Shown here piece after piece: positions 24,491 to 38,090 of a stretch of DNA of 64,000 nt (the first letter of the stretch is position 1; each line of letters opens with the position of its first letter). Both the position numbers and the translations under genes were made by a program. Source of the DNA: Octopus bimaculoides (Eukaryota); assembly GCF_001194135.2 (NCBI RefSeq), contig NC_068981.1:186366158-186430157 (forward strand), in the 5' to 3' direction. Under the pieces are notes generated by a model that saw nothing but the letters and a program-made list of their open reading frames with translations, had not been told where the DNA came from and ran no database searches.

Positions 24491-26108
24491 TGTGTTGATT
24501 ATATGACGTGAAAGCAGTGAACCAGGGAACTGATGAGGAGGCGGGGAATATCACGGTTTTGGTTTTAAATCTTCTAAACAGATTACCAAAAACAACATCC
24601 ACAAGAATGAAATATATAATATCAAAATTATTTCTACTATTATCGAAGTTTGATGATGTTGATGATATCCTAGTATATGTGTCTATACAAGATATATGAT
24701 GTCGTGATGTGTATAGTATATTACATGATTGTCATTCTAATGATTGTATGCCTGAGCCGCTAGTGATATTCTCTTAATTTCATTGCAAGTAGTTCGGCTG
24801 ATTTCACAGAGGCTTGTAGGCTCTACTAGCTTTCAAAGTAACATTGTATATGCTATGTGTCGAATAAAGGAATTCAAACCAACAAGGTACAACATAATAC
24901 CATATTACAACCCTTTAATCGAACTATAACATATCCATGGTCGACTAGTCAGCTACAATATTTAGTATATTAAAGGAATCCTTAATGTAATTATATTTGC
25001 GACAGCTTCACGCTAAATCAAACATACATTTTACCTTTTTTTATGATCGGTATCAAAGTTGGGTTGTTTTATTACTTTCCCGTCCTTTATTTCCACCCCG
25101 CCCCCAAACGATGCATTTTTATGATACTGGAACTATTTCAGTTGGACATTTTCTTGATTATTGGTTTCATATAATTCCCAAGCATCGTCCTAATTGTACA
25201 TCACACTGAATCAATGAGTCTTCTAGTGATCACTGAAAACCTTGACTGTTGCAGTTTGTAAAGAAAATTTCGAAATGCATAGCAATAATTTCAAAGCATA
25301 GTGATCAATAAACCGGTATTCAAATAACATCCTAGAAAAAAAAAAGAGACAAGACATACAGTTTGATTAATGCTTTTATTTTTTTCCTCCTCTGTGCTTG
25401 CGTCTCTATTTTTTAATAATATTATTGATCGACAACTGTAGCGTAGTTTCTGCTGCTGTGCTAAATAAACTTTCAGAAGGTGACTAGAAAACAAGTGATG
25501 ACTATTAATTAAGCGAGTAGCCAGCTTTTGAAGAGCATTTCAGACACAACGTTTATTTTTCAGTGAAATGACGCTTTCATTACGCGACATAATGTTCAAT
25601 TTATACCAATCACGTATGATAACCACCCTATCACTATGATAACAACTACCATGTCAGCATCAAAAATCATTAAACATATTTTGTTACTTTAATTTCAGTA
25701 CAACGTAAATAATTGTCAACTTTTAATTTTAGTCAATAGTTATCAAAGTTTTTAATCATAAAAATCCAATAATGCTGCCAGTGGCTAGTTCGATGAGCTG
25801 ACGGAATGAAACAAAAAAAAAGTGTCTCAAAAATGTTTTCTTGTCTCGAAATGTGCTACCAACCTTGTTAGTAACTTTGATAATGTTTCGATCCTTGATT
25901 GCTAGATATCACTCTCATTTACAGTCCTAAAATCCTTTATGAACTGCGAATATCACACTTTATATTCCTGATTCTTATTAAAGGCATTTTCGTACCTATT
26001 CCAAAAACAATCATGATTCATCTAATTTTTCCCATATTTTGATGGAGAGCCACAGCAGAATTAATACTGCATAAAGTGTTCAGAATATTATCATTATTAG
26101 TCAGTAGT

Positions 26109-26361
26109 CTTCTTCTTCTTCTTCTTCTTCTTCTTCTTCTTCTTCTTCTTCTTCTTCTTCTTCTTCTTCTTCTNNNNNNNNNNTCTTCTTCTTCTTCTTC
26201 TTCTTCTTCTTCTTCTTCTTCTTCTTCTTCTTCTTCTTCTTCTTCTTCTTCTCATTATTATTATTATTCAGTAGTTTTTTATTCTTATAGCGTGCTTTCA
26301 CTTCACTACCGAGCGCACCTCTGTGTGCCTTAGGTATGTGCTGTGGTTTGCTGTGATGCAC

Positions 26362-26426
<65 letters not shown>

Positions 26427-26427
26427 T
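26109..26427. repeat. (TTC)n tract with gap, followed by (TTA)n tracts
   Basis: Direct reading. Confidence 0.95.
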
Positions 26428-27825
26428 ATTCCTGGTGCCAGTCATTGGACTATAGCTATGGTGGGGCACAGCCCCCTACATCAACTACAGAGTAAGTTTA
26501 GTTTCTTCGACGTGCCAAGAAAAGCGAGAGAAATGCGCCTGTTTTCACATTTGGGAGTGTTGGCAAAAACAACAAAGCGTTATTTTGTTACTCTACTGAT
26601 TCTCAAATTTACACGACATGTAGTTAAAGAGGCAGCTAAAATTTGACACACTTTGTCATATAGAAGAAAAGGACGTCTGCATTAATTTTATAGACCCTAG
26701 TATATGGCAGGATTGATCGTGATCAATTCCCTTTGTCTGAAAATTCGCGTCTGCAGTAAAATATATATAACTTCTGAAAGAAGGTTATTCATCTGTTGGA
26801 ATGATAGGATAAAACATCATGCAGGTTCTCTTAGGTAAGAGAAAATGAAAGTAGAAGTAGAGGATTTTTCATAAATATGGCGTAACGTTTTGCGAATATT
26901 CACAGGAGAAGTGGTTGATATATATGCATTAGATGAGTCGGTGAATACAACGAGTATATGGGAGCTCATACCTGAAGCCTTGTTGAACATCTAAATTTAG
27001 TTATAGTTCATGATATTTGTGCGAGTAAGCAGCGGCATGTCCTCATCAAATATTTGGGTAGTATTCGAATGTGGATAACCTGTTTGCTTCACGGAAAGTT
27101 TTGATACCATATTAAAATAAATGTGTTAATGACGTTAACGGTCTTTGTGCGTTTCTGTATGGCTAACTTGTGTCTTTCACGCTGCAGCCGCATATTTATT
27201 AGTTTTATCGGCCTTAGATGAAAGACACTCTTGTCTACATATAGAGATACCGAAAAATAGCACAATATATTTGTGTATGATGCTTTACTGATTATTGCAT
27301 CTGCCCGTCAGACAGTTAGTACGTTGTTAAATTAGATAAACATTATATGCTAGACAGAAAGAAGAAACTATAAATACTTTTGTTTTCTTTACTTTGAAGT
27401 TGGATAAATTAATTGTTGTTTACGTAGACTAAATATTTGAATCCTAATTACTGTAATTAAACTAATTTTCTATATATTCAAATGTTCAAATGATGCTAGA
27501 TATAAAGACGACTTGTAACCTTTATACCTAGCATCATCTATACATACATGCCTATATTTATATATGTACTGGGTGTTTGGGAAAAATGTGACAGTTTGCA
27601 TGCAAGGGAAATAAAACACAATATACCCTCCAAAAATGAAAGTATTTTAAGGATACAAAAAATATCTACGAGATTATGGCTGGGAGATAACAGTTAACAC
27701 AAAGTAAATTATTAGCTTCCACCACGATCTCAAAACAGCTCTGGGACCTGGAAAGATGTTCAAACACCCCTTAATCTTGGTTACCAGCTCAGCTTTGGTG
27801 AAGCAGGCAGAACGGTTGGTGTCAT

Positions 27826-27914
27826 TCCCTTACAGCTTTTCCTGGGATATCCCCGAGTATGGGTTATTCCGTCATCAGAGCACTTACCTAGTGTACCTAA
27901 TCGTTTAGATCACC
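27826..27914 (-). ncRNA. Hammerhead-like motif (ACAGCUGU helix-III type) within a short repeat also present at 30245-30325
   Basis: Minus strand reads GCU|CUGAUGA(27878-27872)|C-GGAAUA-ACCC..GGGG-A-UAUCCC-AG|GAA|A-AGCUGU|A|AGGG. Helix III has lost one C of the palindrome ACAGCUGU (inferred); the GUA site is intact. Confidence 0.55.
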
Positions 27915-27965
27915 TGTGAACTAAAACCCCATACGTTGTTTATATATATATATATATATATATAT

Positions 27966-28004
<39 letters not shown>

Positions 28005-28010
28005 CACTCT

Positions 28011-28160
28011 TCTTTTAGTTTCCATTTACCAAATCCACTCACAAGGCCCTTGTCGACCCGAAGCTATAGTAGAAGACACTTATACAAGGTACCACACCTT
28101 GGAATTGAACCCGGGACTAGGTGGTTGGGAACTAAGCTTCTTACCACACATCCATGCCAT
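28011..28160 (-). mobile_element. SINE family A, 5' half ending in (CA)n/(TA)n
   Basis: TTTACCAAATCCACTCACAAGG...GCTATAGTAGAAGACACTT...AATTGAACCCGGG...CTTACCACACA. Confidence 0.88.
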
Positions 28161-30244
28161 ATTCTTCCGCTTTAGCAAACTCATGTCAACATGGTTAATA
28201 AACTTCTGTTTTATCTAAGGATATTTTAAGTGCTTCATAAATATACTAAAATTGTTTAATGCATTTTATGTAGTTTGTTTTGGTATGACACTATTTTGTC
28301 ACGTTTATCTCCTCTTTCTTTCTTAATATTTTTTTTTACCTTACCGTTCTCATTATTTACACGATGTCTGCAGTAATGAGAGCAGATTTTGAATATTTTT
28401 CTTTAATGTCTGTAGACATCATGAAGAGATACAACTCTGAATAAACATTTAAAAATGTTAAAACATTTTCATGCATTAGAATCACGTAATCGGTAAACAA
28501 GAAAATATTTCTAACGACTAGATGCTTTTATGGGTCGCCAAAACTGTTAGCGTTTTTTTAACATTATATGTAATTAGTATGAACTAAGATAAACATTGAA
28601 AAAAATTTCCATTATATGTAAAATATTGTTTTCAATATAGTTTTATGTATAAAACAGATTTTTTTCCTACTTTTCTCTCCTGCCTTTGAAACAATACTTT
28701 AAAAAATTATTCTGGCAATTCAATAAAAGCTAATATAGTTAATGCATAATTATTATTGAATATTTTCCTCATATCAATTAATACGTGATTGAAAAATGAT
28801 AAGAATGATCTTGATTATTAGAATAACGATTATGGTAGTGATAAAGGCAGTAACTTAAATCAATATTGATATCACTCACCGAAATGGTTTTATCTATTGA
28901 TCAGCAATTTAAATTAATAAAGAAAATGAATATCGATAGTTGAATTTCGAAATCTGTTGGACTAATTCATCAATTTCAAATTTTCATCAACTGATAAGGA
29001 AAGCCCCATTTATATGCAATGTAACTTAATGGCAATTAACTACTTTATTTAGCAGAGAATCATAACGGTAAAATGAAGTCCATGTTCTTTATAGCCGAAT
29101 CAATTATAAATGATCGCTTATGAAGTAAGTTAGTTGACTAATTTTTTAACAATATACGTGTGATTATTTACACATAAAACATGTGTGCATTGAAATATTT
29201 TAGCATACAAACATTATTCATGTGAGTGATTATTGCAACAGTTCTGAATCCTTTTGATTTCATGACGCACTAAAAATGAATTGATAATAGGTTGGTGTAC
29301 CAGGCGTTTCAAATGTTTAAAAAAAACTATGTCATCAAGTTAAAAAGTTGGATGGTGAAACAAATCTGTATCTTAATCAAACTTGTATGATTTATAAAAC
29401 AAAATCTTATTTATATAAAAAAATATAAATATCATGCGTTTTAAAAGTGCCAGGTGTTATTGTGGATTTTCTAAAGATTTCATTTATACGTCGTTCCAAA
29501 CCTGCAGGGTACCGTTTGAATACAGCTGGTATATTGTATAAACATAGATATTCATATATACCTGAGTAAATTGTGAAGAAGATATCACGAGAAATACGCG
29601 TAACAAAAGTTATTCCCAGTTCAATCGTTATAAAATTTGTTCTATCTTACAGTTCAAGTATTTAGAGATAAACTTCAAGCTATTCTTCATACTTCCATCT
29701 TGTCTGTGTCCTTTCATGTTTACATATCAACACATTTAATGGCACATGTCTACCAGACACTAAATATATTCTTTGAGTGAGGCTGCCAAAGTCTTAAAGA
29801 CAGCTTATATAAGCAAAAGAATAATTTAACTGTTTATCTGCTGAGCAAAGAATATCGATAATATTATCTTTGCTGAAAATGTATTGAACAGGTAATTGAT
29901 TCCACTCTCATGTGAACAAAGACAAATTTTGATACGTGGCTTGGCGATGTATCGATAACAAAGTAACTTAGCATTGAATTCTTACAACAAATAATGTAAT
30001 GTTTAATTTCAGACAAGATTAAGTAACGTTATCTTAAAGTCTAACATATTAATTCTGGTTGGTTTATGTAGTTATATGACATTTGAACTTTCATCTGGGC
30101 AACTGTCGCACATTTACTTCTTGAACTGCATAAACCCAAGCGGAAAATATCAGTCAAACTACAGAGAAAGGCAAATAATTCACTTGTTGGGTAAGCAAAG
30201 GCTTCAGGTATTTTCTGACGAAGCACATATATCAATATATTAAA

Positions 30245-30325
30245 GGTGATCTAAACGATTAGTTACACTAAGTAAATGCTGTAACGGATTACTAGGGCTC
30301 CAAGGTTATAGCCGAGACGGTAGTT
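30245..30325 (+). repeat. Decayed second copy of the 27826-27914 hammerhead-bearing repeat
   Basis: GGTGATCTAAACGATTAGTTACACTAAGTAAATGCT is 33/36 identical to the reverse complement of 27879-27914. The downstream ribozyme core is eroded. Confidence 0.75.
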
Positions 30326-30371
30326 ATGGAGACATTGCAGATTTCCGATGCAGCAGATACATATATAAATA

Positions 30372-30640
30372 TTTTTTTTATGCGCTCTTTTAAAGCCTAA
30401 CCAGGCTCATGGGCCCGGTTTCCCGGTTTCTATGGCGTATATGTTCCCCACCAGGGAGAAAGAGTGAGAGAAAGTTGAGGCGAAAGAGTACAACACGGGT
30501 TTCCACCACCCCTTGCCGGAGCCTCGTGGAGCTTTAGGTGTTTTCGTTCAATAAACACACACATAAACACCCGGTCTGGGAATCGAAACCGCGATCCTCC
30601 GAACGCGAGTCCGCTGCCTTAACCACTGGGCCATTGCGCC
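30372..30640 (-). mobile_element. tRNA(Arg-like)-derived SINE, family F, well preserved
   Basis: Head GGCGCAATGGCCCAGTGGTTAAGGCAGCGGACTCGCG...GGTTTCGATTCCC (A and B boxes, no acceptor stem); tail AAACCGGGAAACCGGG...AGCCT-GGTT-AGGCT hairpin, then an A-run. Confidence 0.88.
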
Positions 30641-30648
30641 TCCACACA

Positions 30649-30708
<60 letters not shown>

Positions 30709-32184
30709 TATATATATATATATATATATATCATCGTCATTAGAGATAAATGGTGTTATTTTAAAAGGTTAATTGAAGTCTATAACTTAGGAAATATGAA
30801 TAAACCTACAGGGACAGAAGCTACGTGGAAAACCGTATTGATAACTTGAGTTGTTGAAACAATTTTCACTTTCAAAGAGGTTGTGCATATGGTAGGCACG
30901 AAATGTAGGATTGGTTCAAATTTGTATATGTTTATGGAACATATCACCATGGTGAAAAAGTTTAAAATGGACATTTTAAAATACAAATTTTATTTACGTG
31001 ACTAATAATTTTATCTTATAAAAATTCCGAAATCTTATCCCATTCTTTCTAAGTTCATGAATATCACAAGAGGGGTCGGAAAAGTGTGTATTAAATTTTT
31101 CCATTTATGATTTCTTCTCAGTCTGTCTGATTATTTGTCGATAGTAGAGGAAATAGAGTCCATAGTTTTATAAGAAAATGCAATTTCAAACATTTTGCCA
31201 TGATTTTTGTAGTTTAAAAGTAGTGCATTTTAGGTCCGTATTCTATGTCGTTGCTATTAATGCAATTTGTTTTTCACGTAACAGTTAACATTCTATAATT
31301 TCATTTCAAATGAATTCAAACATTATAAAGAAGTAGTGCATAAACAAACATCTCCATTCCTTTGTTAGTTGACTTCAGCAAAGATTTTTATTTCAAAAGC
31401 TGATTTTTGTTTTCTTTTTTTTTTTTTTTGTCTTTTTGTACCAACCGCTTTAATACTGATTCTTAAAATGCCTTCAAAAATAATTACAGAAAATTGAAAT
31501 TTGATTTTGCAAATATTTCCATTTCTTTTATAATTTTCCGTTTATTGAAGAAATGGTTTTCGCCTTAACAAAATGTCATCTAACCACGTGCATTTACGTC
31601 ATATCACCTTAGGAGGGTTTGTCATAAAAGCTACAGGAAGCATGATTGAACCGTCACTGCAATAACTAAAGCAATAAGTACGTTATCAATAGAACGATAA
31701 CAACGTAGAAATTCATATTAAAACTACGACTGCTTTTATTCTTTTATAATTTAAATGTTTTTCTAAACAACTTTTTATTGAATTCAAACTTGCTTCTTCA
31801 GAAGGTTTTTGGCTTTTTTTCTTTGGTTTTCTTTTTTTCATTGTTTATTGGGCATTGAATTTTAATAATACTAGCTTGGAGCAGAGCATGGCAGGAACCA
31901 TAAAATACAGTTTCGAAATATTTTGGCATATTTCCTACTTTCTCTTTTCAGTCTGAATTTACACGTCACAACAATTTACTTTTATTTCCTTCCAGTGATG
32001 TCGAAAAATACAATTAAAAAAATGGAATATCTGTACTATAGTACGTCAAGTAAATTTCAAATTGATTTCTCTTTATAGATGAGCTGCATTTAATCAAAGC
32101 TACAAATTAGTCTGGCTATACAGCAATACGCCAAGCGATAAGCCAGCCGCATTTTGAATAAACTAAAGATTACACCGTCGTAGC

Positions 32185-32275
32185 TTCATTCTGTCAGGTT
32201 CGATAAAATAAAGTACCAATCACCTAAAATTGTCGAGGGTATCGATTAACCTTTTCCACAAAAATCTAGTCTCGT
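32185..32275 (+). mobile_element. SINE family B-like fragment
   Basis: GTTCGATAAAATAAAGTACCA...TCGATTAACC...AAAAATC. Confidence 0.45.
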
Positions 32276-32666
32276 ACACATACTAAAAACAATATGTTTT
32301 CTTCTAAGAGGGCGAATTGCCAAACTAATTAGAGTACTGAACGGAATGTATTGTAGTTTATTTTCAAATCTCCCCGTGGGCAAATCTGTGTTTCTTCTTT
32401 TTGAGATCGATATAAAAATATTATCAATCCACAACGGTGACATGGTGGAACTGTTTGACGAGCTGTTGGCCCGTTATAACAGTGGTGCCTCAACTACATC
32501 GGTCCAAGTGTGCGGCCTATTCCTTGTACAAGTTTCAGCGTCGGTGAAAAGATATTTGTATGCATGGGCATCTGACAATCCTATTCAGTCCCGCATACAC
32601 ATGTGCATATGAATAGGAATGAGAGATAGATGTCTTGTGTGGGGGGGGGGGCGTGTGTGTGTGTGC

Positions 32667-32912
32667 GAAGGCGCGTGGCCTAGTGGTCGCTGGATCGTGG
32701 GCTCGATTCCCGAACCGAACGGCGCGTTGTATTCTTGAGCAAAACATTTCCTCTCAAGTTGCTCCATTCTTCCTTTTGATCAGTGGGGAATGTTGGCTTG
32801 CTCACCTAGTCAGCGGGTGGCGTCATTCCTTGGCTAAAGCAATGCAAAACACATTCTAACCAGCAATGTGTAATAACAGCTGATAATCTGGTCGGTCACG
32901 TGATCACATGCT
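32667..32912 (+). mobile_element. tRNA-head SINE, family E
   Basis: GAAGGCGCGTGGCCTAGTGG head, CGCGTTGTATTCTTGAGCAAAACA CORE-like segment; tail homologous to 57773-57992. Confidence 0.85.
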
Positions 32913-33098
32913 ATATGTATATATATAATAGTATATATATATTTGTAACTTGCTTGGGGTCTCTTGGTTTATAGCTGTTTAGTTGTAAATATTATAACAT
33001 GCATTGATATTTTATGATTGCCTTTATAGAGGTAATACCTGTTTAAAGATTTCTAGTTTATGGATGTTATGTTATATCTATACTATATACGCACATAC

Positions 33099-33195
<97 letters not shown>
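33099..33195. repeat. (TG)n microsatellite
   Basis: Direct reading. Confidence 0.95.
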
Positions 33196-33196
<1 letters not shown>

Positions 33197-33259
33197 TGTG
33201 TCTGAATGCAATCACAAAAGATGTATGAAATAGTATATGATATTGGTATCCAGCAAGCG

Positions 33260-33750
33260 CTAATTGCAGCAAGGCGTCAACTTGGGGATGTTGATCTAAC
33301 TATCATATTTCTGATGGATCACTTTAACTTCGTACTCTGTATAATGCAATGTTGTGATGTTGGATAATATTCAGTAAGTTAGCAATGAAGAGAATAATTC
33401 AGCAAATCTCTTGATCATAGGGGAGTGAGTGTGTAGTATTTGTTTCTTAGTGATTGATATCCTAGAAAATATCTTCATCGGAATCAAATTTTATCACATC
33501 ACGCTAAGTTTCTAAAGATTTGTTTGCTGAACAAGAATATTTCCATTGATCTCTTAATGGTCATTTCACTTTGAACACTTGTTTAATGAGGTGTTTCGTT
33601 TGATTCTTTTCAAGTTTTTGCCATTCTGACGTTTAATTTCGCATCGCGTTGTCAGAACTTTTGTTAGTTTATCAACCAAATGCTGGAATGTACTAGCTTC
33701 AGTTTAGTTTAAATCTGAAAAGTGACGTTTGTAGAGACGAGCTGTTTCTT
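33260..33750 (-). mobile_element. Possible decayed RTE LINE relic (EN-RT linker)
   Basis: Minus-strand frame ...ILHTHSPMIKRFAELFSSLLT resembles RTE LLTDKxxILxRWAEHFSSLLN; many stops. Confidence 0.3.
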
Positions 33751-33979
33751 ATTTTCAATCAATGAAAGCTTTATGTATCTACAACATGAAGTTAACTTTT
33801 TTCCGTATTTCTTTTAGAGAACGATGAAAGTGAATGCAAACTTATAATATCGAGATAATTTTTGTAGAGGAAATTATATTAGCAATATAGTTGATTCAAT
33901 TTAATACAGTGATAGTGATATTTTATTCCCACTGGAAAGATCGAAAGAAATTACGACCGTACAATATGGACTCATGCAT

Positions 33980-34070
33980 GTGTATGTGGTTAAGAATATC
34001 GTTTCTCAATCAGCTAGTTTCGGGTTCGAAACCGATACAATTTCATTGGGCAAGTGAATATTATTATAAC
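33980..34070 (+). mobile_element. SINE family A-like head fragment
   Basis: TGTGGTTAAGA...GGGTTCGAAACC...TTGGGCAAGTG. Confidence 0.55.
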
Positions 34071-34155
34071 ACCATTTTACCCACAGTTGTACAGCACGAG
34101 ACGGCACGTAGGTTTTATAAATGTTGTATTCGTTTAACACCTAAAAAGAAGTCAG

Positions 34156-34191
34156 TCTTGACGTTTCGGATGCCGGTCCTTTATCAGAAAA
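34156..34191 (-). ncRNA. Minimal hammerhead-like motif (ACGU helix III, GUC site) with a core G8A lesion; probable Penelope-like terminus
   Basis: Minus strand reads UUUU|CUGAUAA|A|GGA-CCGGCA-UCC|GAA|ACGU|C|AAGA. Helix I pairs over 4 bp. Confidence 0.55.
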
Positions 34192-35038
34192 AAAACAAAT
34201 GAAGAAAGGTATGGGGGAAAATATCAGAACAGGCGGTTTAAATACATACGTATATATGTATATATAATGTATAATCTATCTATCTATATATATATATATA
34301 TATATATNNNNNNNNNNNNNNNNNNNNNNNNNNNNNNNNNNNNNNNNNNNNNNNNNNNNNNNNNNNNNNNNNNNNNNNNNNNNNNNNNNNNNNNNNNNNN
34401 NNNNNNNNNNNNNNNNNNNNNNNNNNNNNNNNNNNNNNNNNNNNNNNNNNNNNNNNNNNNNNNNNNNNNNNNNNNNNNNNNNNNNNNNNNNNNNNNNNNN
34501 NNNNNNNNNNNNNNNNNNNNNNNNNNNNNNNNNNNNNNNNNNNNNNNNNNNNNNNNNNNNNNNNNNNNNNNNNNNNNNNNNNNNNNNNNNNNNNNNNNNN
34601 NNNNNNNNNNNNNNNNNNNNNNATATACATGTATATATATATATATATATATAACAGTTAATTGTCAAAGTTATATTTGTTGTTATAACATCAGGATCAA
34701 TATTAAAGTTTAAAATATTACCCTAAGGTGAATAGATACGTGTGCGTTTTAGAAAACGTTTAAGCATGGCACATGTTCGTTGTCGTATTCCTTTTAGCAT
34801 TTATACACTTAAGGATTTTTTTTTCTTTTTTGGTTTTGCTTTTTGGCTATCGCTGGAATTATCTGACTCTAAGTCATGCTGTATACCGCGAGAAGGTTAA
34901 CTATGACATTTAACATTTATCATCGCCCACTAAGAGTAAATATTAGTTGATATATCAACCGGAAGCTTACTCAATTGCACCGTTTACGTGTAGAAGATAA
35001 TCTAGTAGGTAATGAATGACTGAACAACAATACTATCA

Positions 35039-35110
35039 ACAATAATAATAATAATAATAATAATAGTAATAATAATAATAATAGTAATAATAATAATAAT
35101 AATAATAACA
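35039..35110. repeat. (AAT)n microsatellite
   Basis: Direct reading. Confidence 0.95.
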
Positions 35111-35868
35111 ATGTTAACAATGATAAGCAGGAAATATTGTATAGTTTGAAATATCAACTTCTGGAGTGGCCTTTCATTGAAATGAAGCGATAAATTGGTG
35201 TATGGAGAAATACATATTTATTTCATAACATAGTTTTTTTCTGTCTATATGCAAATGTATATCAGTCTATCGATCAGGTACTGTCCCTGTAATCTACTAA
35301 TCACATATAAAAGTGTACGTGTGTGTGTGCATCCTGGTTGATATTAATATGTACGGATACAAATATTTATATATAGATTGATGAGTGTCTCAGCAACTGA
35401 AGTGATGTATATTTGCGTAGCTTCGTTTCGAGTACGTTTCAGGAAATAAATCATTTCTTAGTGTAAAGGACAACAATGCATCACAATTCCTATTCCCAGA
35501 AGTACAGGTGTCTAAGAGAATTGAGTAGGCAGTGTAGAAATGAATGCTATTTCAACCAAATCGTATACATACGCTATTTCCCCATTTACATTATTGTCTC
35601 GAGTAGTTTACTACTTTTCTGCTTTTCTAACCTGTCAAGGATCTTTCTCCTAATGAATATCTATTATATGTAACATATCAGAAATATATCAGGCAGACCT
35701 TTGCAGATTCTATGTTTATGCGCTTTGTGAAAAAAATAGTCATGAAAATGTGTGTGTATGTGTGTGTGTGCGTGTGTGTGTGTGTGAGTATGTGTGTGTG
35801 TGTGCGTGNNNNNNNNNNNNNNNNNNNNNNNNNNNNNNNNNNNNNNNNNNNNNNNNNNNNNNNNNNNN

Positions 35869-35926
<58 letters not shown>

Positions 35927-36359
35927 ACATGCATGAATATAACTGTGCGTGGGTGTCCGTGTGTAATAAGAATACACAATGAGCCATGTCGAATGGACTC
36001 TGCTCTGCTCTATTTTTTGTCTACTGTTATTATTATCCCCAATGGAGTGGTAATTAAATGATACCGGCGAAAGAATATTTTAGACCTAGAAAGATTATAT
36101 TTGTAAGACATGGCATCAAACAGACTCCTCTTCTTATATGTAACATTTGTGTTGTCATATTTATCCATTCCCTTATATGTTACGTGGATGCGATAGCACA
36201 TATCAGCGTGAATGGGTTGAGGCCTTATCACTACAGATATTTCATTTAACCGAAAAAATATTTAGCGATCTGATTTGACTAAGAGCTTTCTTCAGGCAAC
36301 CCAGTTTCATATAATATAAACAGAAGCAATGTAAATTTAGCGAGAAGTTACGCCGTTCT

Positions 36360-36800
36360 CTATATAACAATTGATAAATATGTTGTGGCTGACTTTCACT
36401 GTGCTTTCGCTACTGCCACTGTACCTTTCTCCATCGAATTAGTGTCTAAAGCCTCTGTTCTATTCACCAGCTCGTTTTCAAGTTTATTGATATTCAGTGA
36501 AGGGAGTGTTTTAGAAACTGCATCCATATTGGAATAACTGTGCATTGATTCTGGATACTTTATTGTGGTTGAGTATTTGTGATCCTAAGCAGTCTAAACA
36601 ACCTTGCCTAACTATGACAGAATAGCTGCAACAATCTCATTCGTTTATAAGACACGCACAGTTACGCACTATGATCCCAAGATTTACATGATCATGATAA
36701 ACCTATGTTCTGTCCATTAAACGAAGTTCAGTCCAGAATTATGCTATTGACACACAATTCCCTGACATGCCCAACCGTGTGGGAGAAAGGCTTTGCAAAC
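36360..36800 (-). mobile_element. Possible decayed RTE LINE relic (end of endonuclease domain)
   Basis: Minus-strand WTEHRFIMIM resembles RTE CWTDHRLI; further on, LNINKLEN resembles LNVxKLxN. Confidence 0.3.
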
Positions 36801-37645
36801 ACGCTGATTGAATCCACGAGCTTTAACTGTTTATCCTGCTTTTAATAATCATCACTACTCAGTATAATGCCTTGCACTAAGTAATCTTCTATACTTTTCC
36901 ATTCATTCAACAGTTCACTTAGGCATTCTTTTATTAGTCATCACTTATATTTTATCTTAGTCATTTCACACTATCAATTTTATTCGATCTCATCTTATTT
37001 AGTCATTTATCCTTTCCCCACTTTAATTCACCCTTTTTTATTCCTATACATACCTATGAATATACAAACGTGAACGAATTCACAGTAATGCATTTAGAGG
37101 TCTAATATGAGACTGAACTAGCCACGTCTTTGTTCTATTAATAGCCCTTATTCCATTTAATTATTTTACGTTTTGAAGTCTGTATGAGTGGGGTTGTATA
37201 GGAATGGGTACAGCCAGACTTTAAACTGCTACAGACAGTGCAACTCCAAGTTTAATTAATTTGAAACATACCTACGCGCATACACACATACGCGCGCAAA
37301 CATTGACACACAGGTACGTACCGCATGCAATCAAACACGTGTATTCACACACATATCTTAGATTAGATGTAAGATTATTATTTTTTTTTTTACCTGAGAT
37401 ATGAAACCAGCCCTGGAGTAGGCTAAATATGTTAGCTGAGCGTGTCAAATAACTAGACTGTTTTTGTTTTTTGTTTTGTTTTTTTCATCCAGACAAAGCA
37501 GATTTCAAATACTGATAGCAGAGACACTAACAAGAGTAACCGAAGAAATGAAAGTAAAATATTATAAATCAAAACTAACTTGCGTTTTCAATCACACACA
37601 CACCCACACAAATGTTTATATACATATATGCATGTACATATGGAT

Positions 37646-37708
<63 letters not shown>

Positions 37709-37718
37709 CAAGTAAGAC

Positions 37719-38090
37719 AACAAATTTCAAAGGCCAGTGTTCATATTCACTGAATATATTTCAAAGCGTCGGAATACTCCACACCATACTTAGGTGCATT
37801 CATATACACAAGATATAATATAAAAATGTAAAAATATATAAATATGTAAATACGTAAATGTACTTGCGAGGTTGTATATCCGTATTAAAATCAATAAGGA
37901 TATTAAAATATGCACATGATGAATGTATAGCGTTAATTCAAATAGATGAGGAAGTTGGTATGAAATGAATTTTAAAAGACTCTTGAGCGGGTGCAAAGTC
38001 TCACGGCCGTTTCGAGAAAATATAGGTCGGTATAGGACAGTTAATTCCAACCATAACAATCATCTATGTTTCTCTCATCAGAGCTAATCT
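37719..38090 (-). mobile_element. Penelope-like terminal repeat fragment, homologous to 42700-43195
   Basis: Shares AACAAATT(T)CAAAGGCC..TGT..ATATTCA, TGCATTCAT and TAAATGTA.TTGCGA with 42700-42995, and carries the same hammerhead type. Confidence 0.6.
37997..38085 (-). ncRNA. Hammerhead-like motif with long helix II and ACGGCCGU helix III
   Basis: CUGAUGA (38081-38075), helix II starting with a perfect GAGAAA/UUUCUC, GAA (38013-38011), palindrome ACGGCCGU (38010-38003). Position 17 is G (GUG, non-cleavable). Confidence 0.65.

Noticed and set aside
24528-24570. CTGATGA here, and at 45721 (+) and 19770 (-)
   Set aside because: No downstream stem plus GAAA; chance 7-mers.
30570-30640. tRNA-like sequence with A and B boxes
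   Set aside because: No acceptor-stem or anticodon-stem pairing, and it continues into a SINE body. It is a SINE head, not a tRNA gene.
32346-32612. 88-aa ORF with protein-like composition
   Set aside because: No recognisable motif, no convincing donor site, and it runs into SINE and repeat sequence.
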